A DNA stretch of 64,000 nucleotides from Spirochaetia bacterium. GTDB lineage: Bacteria; Spirochaetota; Spirochaetia; UBA9216. The notes under the pieces were generated by a model. That model searched no databases and was not told the DNA's origin. It saw only the letters and a list, made by a program, of their open reading frames with translations. Shown one piece after another: positions 20,194-28,926 of the stretch. Both the position numbers and the translations under genes were made by a program. The stretch is taken from positions 3,424,001 through 3,488,000 of the forward strand of contig OY776510.1 in NCBI GenBank assembly GCA_963675665.1. Reading direction: 5' to 3'. The stretch's first letter is position 1. Each line of letters begins with the position of its first letter.

Positions 20194-22248
20194 ATGGGAA
20201 GCGTAGATTTACCAAAAAGTCCAATGGTATTCCACCCGGAAAAAAGAAGTGCGGTGGGTTCCAGGAACTCTCTTGCCCAGGAAAGCAGGGACCAACAGGC
20301 TGAAGTAGAACGGCTGCTTGAAGAAGAAGTCGACAAAGTAATAAACCATATGACAGCAAAATTACCCGATGAAGTTCTTTCAGAACTTGATGTAATGGGA
20401 GGTTTGAAAGAAAAGGTTTATAATTACTTCAACCAGAATTACCAGAACATGTTCAACCGTTATATTGTAACTGCTGAAGATGAAATGGTAAAAAAGGTAA
20501 GAAACTTCGTTGATAAAGAGGAAATGAAGGTTCTTACAAGATACACCCCGAAAGAAATAGCTACACTGCTTGAAGAAGTAGGTGGAATGGATCGCTTCAA
20601 TACCGGCGAAATTGAGAAATCAATTGTAAACATGTACGGACACCTGCAGGGACATATACAGCGTGGTATGAATGATCTTGAAAACCTGACCAATTCACTG
20701 CTGAGACAAAAAACGGATGTTGGTGCTTTTATCAGAGGCGAGAACGCGTATTCGGTTGTAAAATGTTCATTCAAGGACAGTATTCAGAAACCTAAAACTG
20801 TATGCAACGTAAAACTGTCAGTCAATATTCTTGATTCGGAACTGATAAGTCCAATCTTTCATTATCAGGCAACTGTAGAGTATTTGATTAAGGATTTGAT
20901 TTCAAAACAGATTATCGATGCAATCGATAAGGAAATCGAAGTTTTCAAGGATGAAAGACTCGACAAGGGGCTTGAAGAATTAAACGACAGTGAAATAATC
21001 TTCACCAAGATGGGGAAGGTTGAAAACCACACATCCGATGATGTCAACAATGCAAAATCAGCACGGTACAGCTACATTTCAAAGAGCATAATGGAAAAGG
21101 TTGAAGGCCTTCGGGCCGAGATTGATCCTGAAGAATTCGATCCGCTTAATATCAGGGAAAATCTTAAAAAGATTATGGATATCGAGAATATTCGTAACAG
21201 AGGGTATAATACCGCCATTAACTCAATTACAAGTATTCTTGATACTTCAAAGATGGGTTATCAGTATATAGAGAACCTTAAAAATGCACGCGAGCTTGTA
21301 ATTCGTGAATACGAAGATACAGACGATGCAACTTTACCTGATGAACGTTACAAAATAAGAATGAAATACTACGATAATGCACAGCTCATCGAAGAAAGAA
21401 AAGCCTATGATGTACAGGTTAAATCTTTTGAGGTTGAAGTTGAACACATCTGGGACGTTCTTGAAATGGTATACGTAGACGGAAAGAGAATGAAAAGAGT
21501 CACTGACTTTGAAGATCTCTCTAAAATCTACAAAAACAAGGTTAAGAAAAAAATAAAGGTAAAAACCGGTGATCCGGTTTACGAAGATATAGAAAAAAGC
21601 TGGGATGAAGTATCTTTTGTAGATGCTGCTGAAACTGAAGTAGAAAAAATGAACAGGACTTATGTTTTCCAGAAAGATAAACTGCATAAGAAACTTGTTA
21701 TGATGAGAGAAAAACTTCAGGAGATGTACGGTTACAGGTATCCGGTTCAGAGAAGGGTAATGGAAGACAGACTGGCTTTTCTTACTTCTGAATTTGCGAA
21801 ATTTGATTACATCATTAATCCGTATCATATTCAGCCGGGACTCCTTCTTGATGTTGATATTACTTCAATAAAAAGAAAGAAAGCGACTCTGGACGGTATG
21901 GCTAATGTTCTCAATGAATTCCTGCACGGTGTTTCCAAAGGTTTTCAGGATGCAGCATTCGCAGCCTTCTCAAGAAGAAGATCGACCGTACGTGAAGATA
22001 TAGACATGAGCTTTTCATCAGATCTTGAAGAAGAAGATGCGGGGCACCAGCAGTCTTTGGGTTCATCATATCTTGATATGTTGAATGCGCCTGCAGAAAG
22101 CAGTCCTGCTGAAACAACAATTAAAGAAAAAGCACCGGCCAAAAAAACAAAAGCTAAATCTACTGCCAAATCAAAAGGCGTTGTGGATAATGATAAAACA
22201 AAAACTAGACGTGGCAGGCCCAGGAAGAGTAATTTGGATACTATCTGA
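20194..22248 (+). CDS. cfpA: Cytoplasmic filament protein CfpA
   Basis: N-terminus [29 protein letters not shown]...[26 protein letters not shown] matches treponemal CfpA as recalled; AAGGAG SD before ATG 20194. Confidence 0.93.
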   Translation: MGSVDLPKSPMVFHPEKRSAVGSRNSLAQESRDQQAEVERLLEEEVDKVINHMTAKLPDEVLSELDVMGGLKEKVYNYFNQNYQNMFNRYIVTAEDEMVKKVRNFVDKEEMKVLTRYTPKEIATLLEEVGGMDRFNTGEIEKSIVNMYGHLQGHIQRGMNDLENLTNSLLRQKTDVGAFIRGENAYSVVKCSFKDSIQKPKTVCNVKLSVNILDSELISPIFHYQATVEYLIKDLISKQIIDAIDKEIEVFKDERLDKGLEELNDSEIIFTKMGKVENHTSDDVNNAKSARYSYISKSIMEKVEGLRAEIDPEEFDPLNIRENLKKIMDIENIRNRGYNTAINSITSILDTSKMGYQYIENLKNARELVIREYEDTDDATLPDERYKIRMKYYDNAQLIEERKAYDVQVKSFEVEVEHIWDVLEMVYVDGKRMKRVTDFEDLSKIYKNKVKKKIKVKTGDPVYEDIEKSWDEVSFVDAAETEVEKMNRTYVFQKDKLHKKLVMMREKLQEMYGYRYPVQRRVMEDRLAFLTSEFAKFDYIINPYHIQPGLLLDVDITSIKRKKATLDGMANVLNEFLHGVSKGFQDAAFAAFSRRRSTVREDIDMSFSSDLEEEDAGHQQSLGSSYLDMLNAPAESSPAETTIKEKAPAKKTKAKSTAKSKGVVDNDKTKTRRGRPRKSNLDTI

Positions 22249-22270
22249 ATTACTATCTAATTAAAATAAT

Positions 22271-22298
22271 AATCCCCTGTTGAGAAACAGGGGATTTT
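22271..22298 (+). terminator. Intrinsic terminator/stabilising hairpin after cfpA
   Basis: AATCCCCTGTT-GAGA-AACAGGGGATT followed by a short T run. Confidence 0.75.
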
Positions 22299-22316
22299 AA
22301 ATTGAGGTTGCCAAAT

Positions 22317-23318
22317 ATGAATAAAATACTTCGCGTTTATGATAACCTATCAAGCAGGCAGGGGTTTAATGACTCTTTGCTTCATTTTCAGTCTGTAATG
22401 GACATAATTTCTGATTTTGAAGAGGGATATAATCTTGCAGATATACTTAACAGTCTTTTATCTGCCAAAGATATTCAACAGGGGCAGGTAGCTTCAATTG
22501 TTTCGGCTCTTCTGAATGATAAATACGGCTATTACAGCAAATCCGGAAACCTTTCAGTAACAACACACGATTTTGAAACTATTAAATCGGAATTAAAAAA
22601 ACTAAAGGCATTTGATTCTGTTATATGCTATCACCATCCCGAATTGGGATATCTTGTTATTAATCCAAAAAATGAACAAAGCTGGGATGTAACCAACGAG
22701 TTGAGAAAAAATGAGTTTGTTACTGTTTTTGTAGGTACCTTTTCAGACGAGAAAAGAGAAAATGTTCCCAGGGACAAAGTAGCGGAAAAGATCTTTGAAA
22801 TAATAAACGGCAAGAAATCAGTTTTATCTGATGTTATGAAAAAGGGCAGTTATAAGTATACTCCTTATGAAGCTTATGAAGATGAAGAAGAGTATGAAGA
22901 TGAACAGGAATATGAAGATGAAACGGAACCGGATGAGGAAGTAGAAACAGTACAGCCTAAACAGGAGCCGCAAAAGAGCAGCGGATCACAAAAAATGACG
23001 CCGATGTATTCAGTTCCTGTTACCAACGAGTTGTTTCATAACGGTAATGTTGAGGCCTGGAAAAGAATTATTCAGAGTTACAATGCAAAAAATCCGAATC
23101 TTGAAGTACATATTTTTTATGATGGAGAGAGGATTTTAAATATCGCTTCGCTTTTCAAGTGGGGAAAAGTAAAACACGGCAGTGCTATTTTGTTTGCCGT
23201 AGCAGGGGATGATATAAAGGATGTAGCAAAACTTCAGAAATATTTGAAACAGGGTGCAAGTCATCAGTTCGAAGCTTTTCTGAAATTCCCTGTTAATACG
23301 GTAATAAATCTTTTCTAG
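22317..23318 (+). CDS. Conserved spirochaete protein (TP0747-like position) with acidic linker and C-terminal HPr-like domain
   Basis: GAGG SD and ATG 22317; C-terminus VPVTNELFH...YDGERILNIASLFKWGKVKHGSAILFAVAGDD follows the HPr pattern by eye. Confidence 0.6.
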   Translation: MNKILRVYDNLSSRQGFNDSLLHFQSVMDIISDFEEGYNLADILNSLLSAKDIQQGQVASIVSALLNDKYGYYSKSGNLSVTTHDFETIKSELKKLKAFDSVICYHHPELGYLVINPKNEQSWDVTNELRKNEFVTVFVGTFSDEKRENVPRDKVAEKIFEIINGKKSVLSDVMKKGSYKYTPYEAYEDEEEYEDEQEYEDETEPDEEVETVQPKQEPQKSSGSQKMTPMYSVPVTNELFHNGNVEAWKRIIQSYNAKNPNLEVHIFYDGERILNIASLFKWGKVKHGSAILFAVAGDDIKDVAKLQKYLKQGASHQFEAFLKFPVNTVINLF

Positions 23319-23334
23319 AAAAACGAGGAAAAAA

Positions 23335-25971
23335 ATGGATATAAAAGAAAATACATATTTTATCACTAATAAAGCTTCAGCGAAAAAAACACCTGATTCA
23401 AATAAAATAGGTATTAGGGGGCAGCACGCATATGATCTTATGAAAATGGGTCTTCCTGTAGTACCTGGATTTATTATTAATACGGTAGCTTCGCCGCGGC
23501 TGGAAAAAGAAGATGATCTGATTAGTATTTTTAAACCTTTTTTCGATTATTACCGTAAACTTTCAGGCAAGGTTTTTGACAGTGAAGACAACCCCATGCT
23601 TTTAAAGATTGTACTGAGTTCAAATCTTGCAATAGCTTCTTATCCGACGTTGCACAATTTCGGTCTTGCAGATAACACCTTTGAAGGTTTCAGCAAATAT
23701 GTTGGAAAAGATTTTGCAAACCATGAATTCCTGTTCATGCTGAACGGTCTTTTTCAGGTTGAATTGAGAATTGCTGAACTTCTTGAAGATAATAAAGCGA
23801 TCGACAGATACCGTAAAAATCTTAAAAAGCTGAAAGTTCTGAATTCCGAAGATAAAAAGGTTGATTATAACAAGATACTGGAAGGTTTCAAGAATGAACT
23901 TGAACCCGGTCTGTTTAAAAGCGCATCGGAACAGATGAAGATTGTGCTTAAAAGAGTAAGTTATCTGATTAAACTTGAAGATGTGGAAGACACAGGAGTT
24001 GCTATTCTTGTGCAGCCGATGGTATACGGCAATTACGGTAAAGACAGTTATTCGGGCTATTTTTCAACAAGAAACGCAATAACCGGAGATGCTGTTCTGG
24101 ATGGCGAGTTTTTCCAGAATAAATTCAATTCTGCCGAATCAACAGGAAAAGATATCAACAAGATTGACAGGAAATATCTTGATGAATTTAAAGAAATTGC
24201 AGTTAAGCTTGAAGATGAATATCGTGAAATCAGAAAAATAGGTTTCACTATTGAAAGCGGGCGATTATCGCTGATAAACCAGAATCCTGTAAATGAAAAA
24301 TCAACGAGAGCAGATATTAAACTGCTACTGGATCTTTACAATAACAAAACTATTGATCAGAAAGAAGTAATAACAGGTATCAAACCTTCGCAGCTAAACG
24401 AGTTGCTGCATCCGGTTATTGATATGAAATCAGTTCAGAATTTAAAGAAAATCGACGGCGGTATTTCCGGGGCTCCGGGGGCAACCATAGGAAGAGTCTT
24501 TTTCTCTACCGAGGCGCTTCTCGATGAGTTTAAAAATGCCAGACTTAATGATATGGACGACAGGCTTATACTTTGTCTGACTTCCAGTTTTGCAGAAGAC
24601 GTAAAGGCAATTGAAGTTTCATCGGGGGTCCTTTCTTCTGAGGGAGGCTATTCAGCTCATGCATCGGTAGTAGCACGTCAGTACGGGAAGGTTTCGCTTG
24701 TAAATCCCGCTATGAAAATCAGCGGAAATAAAGCGGTAATCGGTGATGTTACCATAAAAGAAGGCGATGTAATAACGTTGAATGTTCCGGACTTTGCCGC
24801 GCCGAGCATATATCTTGGCCAGGCAGGCCTGATACAACCGGATCCTGCAAAAAACGGTTTGATTGAATTTTCAAAAATTGTAAAGGAAAATATAGAAAAC
24901 TTTGAAATCAGGGCAAACTGCGACAAGGCAAACGACGCCAAGCTCGCGCTGGCGTTCGGAGCTGACGGTATAGGTCTCTGCAGAACAGAGCATATGTTTT
25001 TTGACGAGTCACGGATTAATGTTTTCAGAGAAATGATTTTTTCAGAGGATGACTCGAAAAGAAAAGCTGTTCTCAAGAAATTAAAAACAATGCAGAAAAA
25101 AGATTTTACCGATCTGCTGAGCGTAATGGCCGGCAAAGAGGTAAACATCCGACTGCTTGATGCTCCATTGCATGAATTTCTGCCCCATAATAAAGCAGAG
25201 ATAAAAGCTTTTTGTGATTATATGAAAAAATCAACGGGAAAGAGCTTTACCGAGAAAAATCTTCAGGAAAAATCGGAGAGTCTTAGGGAATTTAACCCGA
25301 TGCTCGGGCACCGCGGTTGCAGAATAGCAGTATCATACCCGGAAATATATCAAATGCAGGTTGAAGCCATATTTGAAGCTGCTTATGAGCTGCAGGCAAA
25401 GAAAATAGTTGTCAAACCGGAAATCATGGTGCCTTTGATTATGAATGAAGCAGAACTGAAGATGATTCTATACGGAAAGAAAATCGAAGGTTCGCAGTAT
25501 CCGGGTCTTCTTGAAGTAGAAAAGGAAATTCGCGAGAAGATGAAAGCCAAACCGCTAAAATTTAAAGTCGGAACGATGATTGAACTTCCTGCAGCCGCCC
25601 TGTCCGCCGGTAATATTGCGCGTTATGCTGAATTCTTTTCATTCGGTACAAATGATCTTACCCAGACTACACTTGGCCTTTCAAGAGATGATTTCACTTC
25701 TTTTATGCCTGATTACACCTTGTACGACATTATAAGCGGAAATCCTTTCAGAACACTTGAAAAGCCGGTAAAGGAACTTATTGCACGCGCTATACAGCGC
25801 GGAACAATAACAAGACCGGACTTGCTGAAAGGACTATGCGGCGAGCATGGAGCAGCCCCTGAAAATATAGATTTCTGTATCAATGTTGGGCTTGATTATG
25901 TTTCATGTTCTACATATTCGGTGCCTATTGCCGCATTATCCGCTGCACAGGCATTGATTAAAAGAAAATAG
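23335..25971 (+). CDS. Pyruvate phosphate dikinase-like PEP-utilising protein with degenerate nucleotide-binding domain
   Basis: Intact GGYSAHASVVAR, GIGLCRTEHM, IRLLD, NPMLGHRGCR, MIELP, SFGTNDLTQ, LCGEH; ATP-grasp motifs altered. Confidence 0.85.
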   Translation: MDIKENTYFITNKASAKKTPDSNKIGIRGQHAYDLMKMGLPVVPGFIINTVASPRLEKEDDLISIFKPFFDYYRKLSGKVFDSEDNPMLLKIVLSSNLAIASYPTLHNFGLADNTFEGFSKYVGKDFANHEFLFMLNGLFQVELRIAELLEDNKAIDRYRKNLKKLKVLNSEDKKVDYNKILEGFKNELEPGLFKSASEQMKIVLKRVSYLIKLEDVEDTGVAILVQPMVYGNYGKDSYSGYFSTRNAITGDAVLDGEFFQNKFNSAESTGKDINKIDRKYLDEFKEIAVKLEDEYREIRKIGFTIESGRLSLINQNPVNEKSTRADIKLLLDLYNNKTIDQKEVITGIKPSQLNELLHPVIDMKSVQNLKKIDGGISGAPGATIGRVFFSTEALLDEFKNARLNDMDDRLILCLTSSFAEDVKAIEVSSGVLSSEGGYSAHASVVARQYGKVSLVNPAMKISGNKAVIGDVTIKEGDVITLNVPDFAAPSIYLGQAGLIQPDPAKNGLIEFSKIVKENIENFEIRANCDKANDAKLALAFGADGIGLCRTEHMFFDESRINVFREMIFSEDDSKRKAVLKKLKTMQKKDFTDLLSVMAGKEVNIRLLDAPLHEFLPHNKAEIKAFCDYMKKSTGKSFTEKNLQEKSESLREFNPMLGHRGCRIAVSYPEIYQMQVEAIFEAAYELQAKKIVVKPEIMVPLIMNEAELKMILYGKKIEGSQYPGLLEVEKEIREKMKAKPLKFKVGTMIELPAAALSAGNIARYAEFFSFGTNDLTQTTLGLSRDDFTSFMPDYTLYDIISGNPFRTLEKPVKELIARAIQRGTITRPDLLKGLCGEHGAAPENIDFCINVGLDYVSCSTYSVPIAALSAAQALIKRK

Positions 25972-25984
25972 TCAGCTTTTTGAT

Positions 25985-26027
25985 AAAAAAAAGCCGGTTG
26001 TTAAAAGATGTTACAACCGGCTTTTTT
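25985..26027. terminator. Bidirectional intrinsic terminator
   Basis: A-run-GCCGGTTGT...ACAACCGGC-T-run between convergent genes. Confidence 0.85.
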
Positions 26028-26041
26028 GAATTTAAAATCGA

Positions 26042-26590
26042 TTAGAAAATGCTGAATTTTTTTATAGCCTCAATAACAAGTTTTGCTGCTTCCTGAGCGT
26101 CCCTTTTGGGAACCTGAGCTTCCCTGTTGAATGTTTGAACAAAAAAGAACTCAATTGTTTCAAAAACATCCGGAAGATTATAAAAACAAAGTGCGAAGTT
26201 AATACCGGTCGGTTTTAAAATTGTAAATGAAGAATAGGTGACAAGAGGTTCTTTCGGGACCATAATCTTGTACTGATTTTTGGCATTATGTATATTCAGT
26301 TCACTGAATCTGAAGGGGATGGAACTTCCATGTTCACGGGATACGGGCTCCACATATTTTCTTGAATACATGGTTGGTTCAACAAGAATGTACAGTTTGC
26401 AGCCGTCAGTCTGAAAAGTAATACCTTCGTCGCTTGCAGTAATATTTTTAACACCGCCGTAAGCAACAACTTCATATATAGAGTAAGGTGAATTATTCTT
26501 AAAAAAGGACGACACTATATAACCGCCGTCATGCGGAAGCTTACCTTCATGATAAGCCTGAAAAAGATCCAAAGCTTTTGTTTGAGCCAT
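26042..26590 (-). CDS. Hypothetical protein
   Basis: 182-aa ORF with GGAGG SD; no recognised motif. Confidence 0.7.
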   Translation of the reverse strand: MAQTKALDLFQAYHEGKLPHDGGYIVSSFFKNNSPYSIYEVVAYGGVKNITASDEGITFQTDGCKLYILVEPTMYSRKYVEPVSREHGSSIPFRFSELNIHNAKNQYKIMVPKEPLVTYSSFTILKPTGINFALCFYNLPDVFETIEFFFVQTFNREAQVPKRDAQEAAKLVIEAIKKFSIF

Positions 26591-26641
26591 TTTTTCCTCC
26601 TGATGTTATTATAATTTACACAACTTTAATTCGCAATAAAG

Positions 26642-28531
26642 TTATTTTTTTTTTGATTGTTCAGCCTTTTTACTGTACATCTCAGCCCATTCGATAAGAC
26701 CTTTCTTGCGGTAGATTACACTCATATTATAATAAACTCTTCGGTCGCTGATTCCGTTGTAAATGCATTTTTGAAAAACATTGAGAGCTTCTTCATCCAT
26801 ACCGTTTTTATAAAGGGTTACTCCGTAAACAAGAAGAAGGTCTACAGACGGTTTTTTGAAAGCCTCTATGGCGCTTTTCAGTAAAGGAAGAGTTTCAGAA
26901 TCTCTGCCTTCTTTTCTCATGCAGAAAAGAAGCAGTTTCAGATATTCCTCATTGAAAGGTGAATTTGAAAGCAGCTGTCGATAGAGAATCGATGCTTCCC
27001 TGTAAATTCCGGCCTTGCGGCAACAATATGCCAGCTTTTTAATGTAAAAAATTTCATTTGAGAGAGAAGCTATAATTCTATACTGGTCTGATGCAGTCCT
27101 GTAATCACCGTTTCTGACAAGCATTCCGGCGTAAAGAATCCTTCTTTCGGTATCATTTTCATAAAAAGAAAGATATTTCTTAAGTACTGGCAACAATGGT
27201 TTTCCGGCAGGTTCTGCCGATTCTATCAGTCCGTTCCAGGCATCGCTCAGACTGTTCTCAATTTTTAATGCATTTTTGAATGAACTGTAAGCGCGCAAAT
27301 AATCAGATACGGACATTTCACCATATCCTTTTGCTGTGAGCAGCCAGCCGTCTTTCTCTTTTTTTAAACGGTTTTCGACGGCGGGTTTCCAGGTATTATA
27401 ATCTTTGTTCAGCTTCCAGCTGCATAATATGCGGTAGTATTCCGCAAAATCATCGTCCGGATTCTTTATTTCGATTATATCAAGTTCGGAATCAACTCCT
27501 GAATAATCATTCTCAAGCCATCTTACTGATGCTCTGCCGTAATGCGGTTCTACGGTTTTTTTATTAATTTCTGAAGCACGGGTGAAATGATTATATGATT
27601 CTTCAAGCCTTCCGCTGTTTTTGAGACATTCGCCGGCAAGAAGATGCATGTCGTAAGTCCGTTCTTTTTTTAAAGAAGAAATTGCGTAATACAGGGCGGT
27701 GCTGTAATCTTTTTTTAGCCAGAAGGCGACGGCAAACGATTGCCCGGTATTATCCAGGGTGTTTAAAAAAGATTTTATTTCGTCCTGCTCTTTATATGTT
27801 GACAGTAATTCAAAGGCACTGTCGATATCACCGACCAGCATGTATAATTCAGCAAGAATGTTTTTTACAAGGGAATCTTCAGGTACAATACTCGCTGCAT
27901 AATATATATATTTGGCAGCTTTGACATATTCTTTTAATTCTTTATAGATTATGCCCGTATATAATTTTGTCGTAAGAGAAGTGAAACCTGAATCTTCAAG
28001 AAAAAGAAGCCCCTTTAAAGCTTTTTGGTAATTTTCATTCCTGAATTCCTTAAGAGATAAAACAAGAATGCTGTTTATATACATCGTATTGACTTTTTTG
28101 TTATTTGGTTCTTCAGCGATAGCTTTTGAAAGGTAATCTACAGCCTTTTCAGGACATCCGCAGCGCAGCATCGCATATCCAAGGTAGACAAGCGAAGGCG
28201 CAAAATCAGGTTTTAACCGCAAAGCCTCATTAAAGCAAGATGCGGCACGGTGGAATTTGCCTGTTGCTATGTAGGTTCTGCCGAGATAGAAATAACCTGC
28301 ACCGGATTTTGGAGCTTTTGTAATATAAAGCCTCAGAGAAATAATGGCGTCATCAAAATTTCCAAGCTCGTGGCAGGCACGTCCAAGGTAAAGCAGCGCT
28401 TCGGGTATATCATCCGAAAGATTTAAAACATTTCTGAGTTTTATTACGGCTGCCGCGTAATTGCGCCTGCGTCCGTCTTCGATTGCATTTTGGAATAAAT
28501 TATTAACCCTGTTTTTTGAATTTACCACCAA
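26642..28531 (-). CDS. Tetratricopeptide repeat protein (start may be GTG 28528)
   Basis: Many TPR units, e.g. ALLYLGRACHELG and GYFYLGRTYIATG. Confidence 0.85.
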   Translation of the reverse strand: MVVNSKNRVNNLFQNAIEDGRRRNYAAAVIKLRNVLNLSDDIPEALLYLGRACHELGNFDDAIISLRLYITKAPKSGAGYFYLGRTYIATGKFHRAASCFNEALRLKPDFAPSLVYLGYAMLRCGCPEKAVDYLSKAIAEEPNNKKVNTMYINSILVLSLKEFRNENYQKALKGLLFLEDSGFTSLTTKLYTGIIYKELKEYVKAAKYIYYAASIVPEDSLVKNILAELYMLVGDIDSAFELLSTYKEQDEIKSFLNTLDNTGQSFAVAFWLKKDYSTALYYAISSLKKERTYDMHLLAGECLKNSGRLEESYNHFTRASEINKKTVEPHYGRASVRWLENDYSGVDSELDIIEIKNPDDDFAEYYRILCSWKLNKDYNTWKPAVENRLKKEKDGWLLTAKGYGEMSVSDYLRAYSSFKNALKIENSLSDAWNGLIESAEPAGKPLLPVLKKYLSFYENDTERRILYAGMLVRNGDYRTASDQYRIIASLSNEIFYIKKLAYCCRKAGIYREASILYRQLLSNSPFNEEYLKLLLFCMRKEGRDSETLPLLKSAIEAFKKPSVDLLLVYGVTLYKNGMDEEALNVFQKCIYNGISDRRVYYNMSVIYRKKGLIEWAEMYSKKAEQSKKK

Positions 28532-28561
28532 ATAAGGTTAACATATAATTGATATTTATAC

Positions 28562-28590
28562 TTGTGGATTTTTATTAAAAATGATATAAA
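28562..28590 (+). promoter_or_regulatory. Sigma70-type promoter for the riboswitch leader
   Basis: TTGTGG-N17-TATAAA with extended TG; predicted start about 28597, just before P1. Confidence 0.55.
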
Positions 28591-28600
28591 TATTCAACGG

Positions 28601-28704
28601 ATTTTCTCCGAATTATTTCAGCTAAGGCATTTATCGCTATGCAGGAATAATCGATGGGTATTGATGGAAACGTTAATGCCTCCCGCACTTGGAAAGGAGA
28701 GGGA
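28601..28704 (+). ncRNA. Moco/Wco (Tuco)-type riboswitch aptamer, P3-less variant
   Basis: P1 TTTTCTCC/GGAGAGGG; P2 ATTATTTC/GGAATAAT with tetraloop receptor GCTAAG/TATGC; P4 GGTATTGATG-GAAA-CGTTAATGCC; P5 TCC..GGA; conserved end GCCTCCC...GGAAAGGAG. Confidence 0.82.
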
Positions 28705-28719
28705 TTATGGCAGAAACTT

Positions 28720-28753
28720 GCCCGCTCCTTCTTTTGGAAGCGGGCGTATTTTT
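28720..28753 (+). terminator. Riboswitch expression-platform terminator
   Basis: GCCCGCTCC-loop-GGAAGCGGGC then GTATTTTT; its CTCCTT can alternatively pair with the aptamer AAGGAG. Confidence 0.6.
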
Positions 28754-28926
28754 GCCTTTTTATAAAGGCAGAATTTAAAATATCATAGTTCGGGTCGATC
28801 GCAAAAAAGGTTTGTATATAGTTTCCACCATAATCCTTCCGTATATGAACAGCGATTGGCCCGTTTTTTCCAACAACCACTTTGTTTTTATCTTCACATT
28901 TAATGCGCTTTCTGATACATTTCGGT

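Noticed and set aside
22860-22945. GAA/GAT-rich tandem-like repeat
   Set aside because: It encodes the acidic linker; not CRISPR or a VNTR
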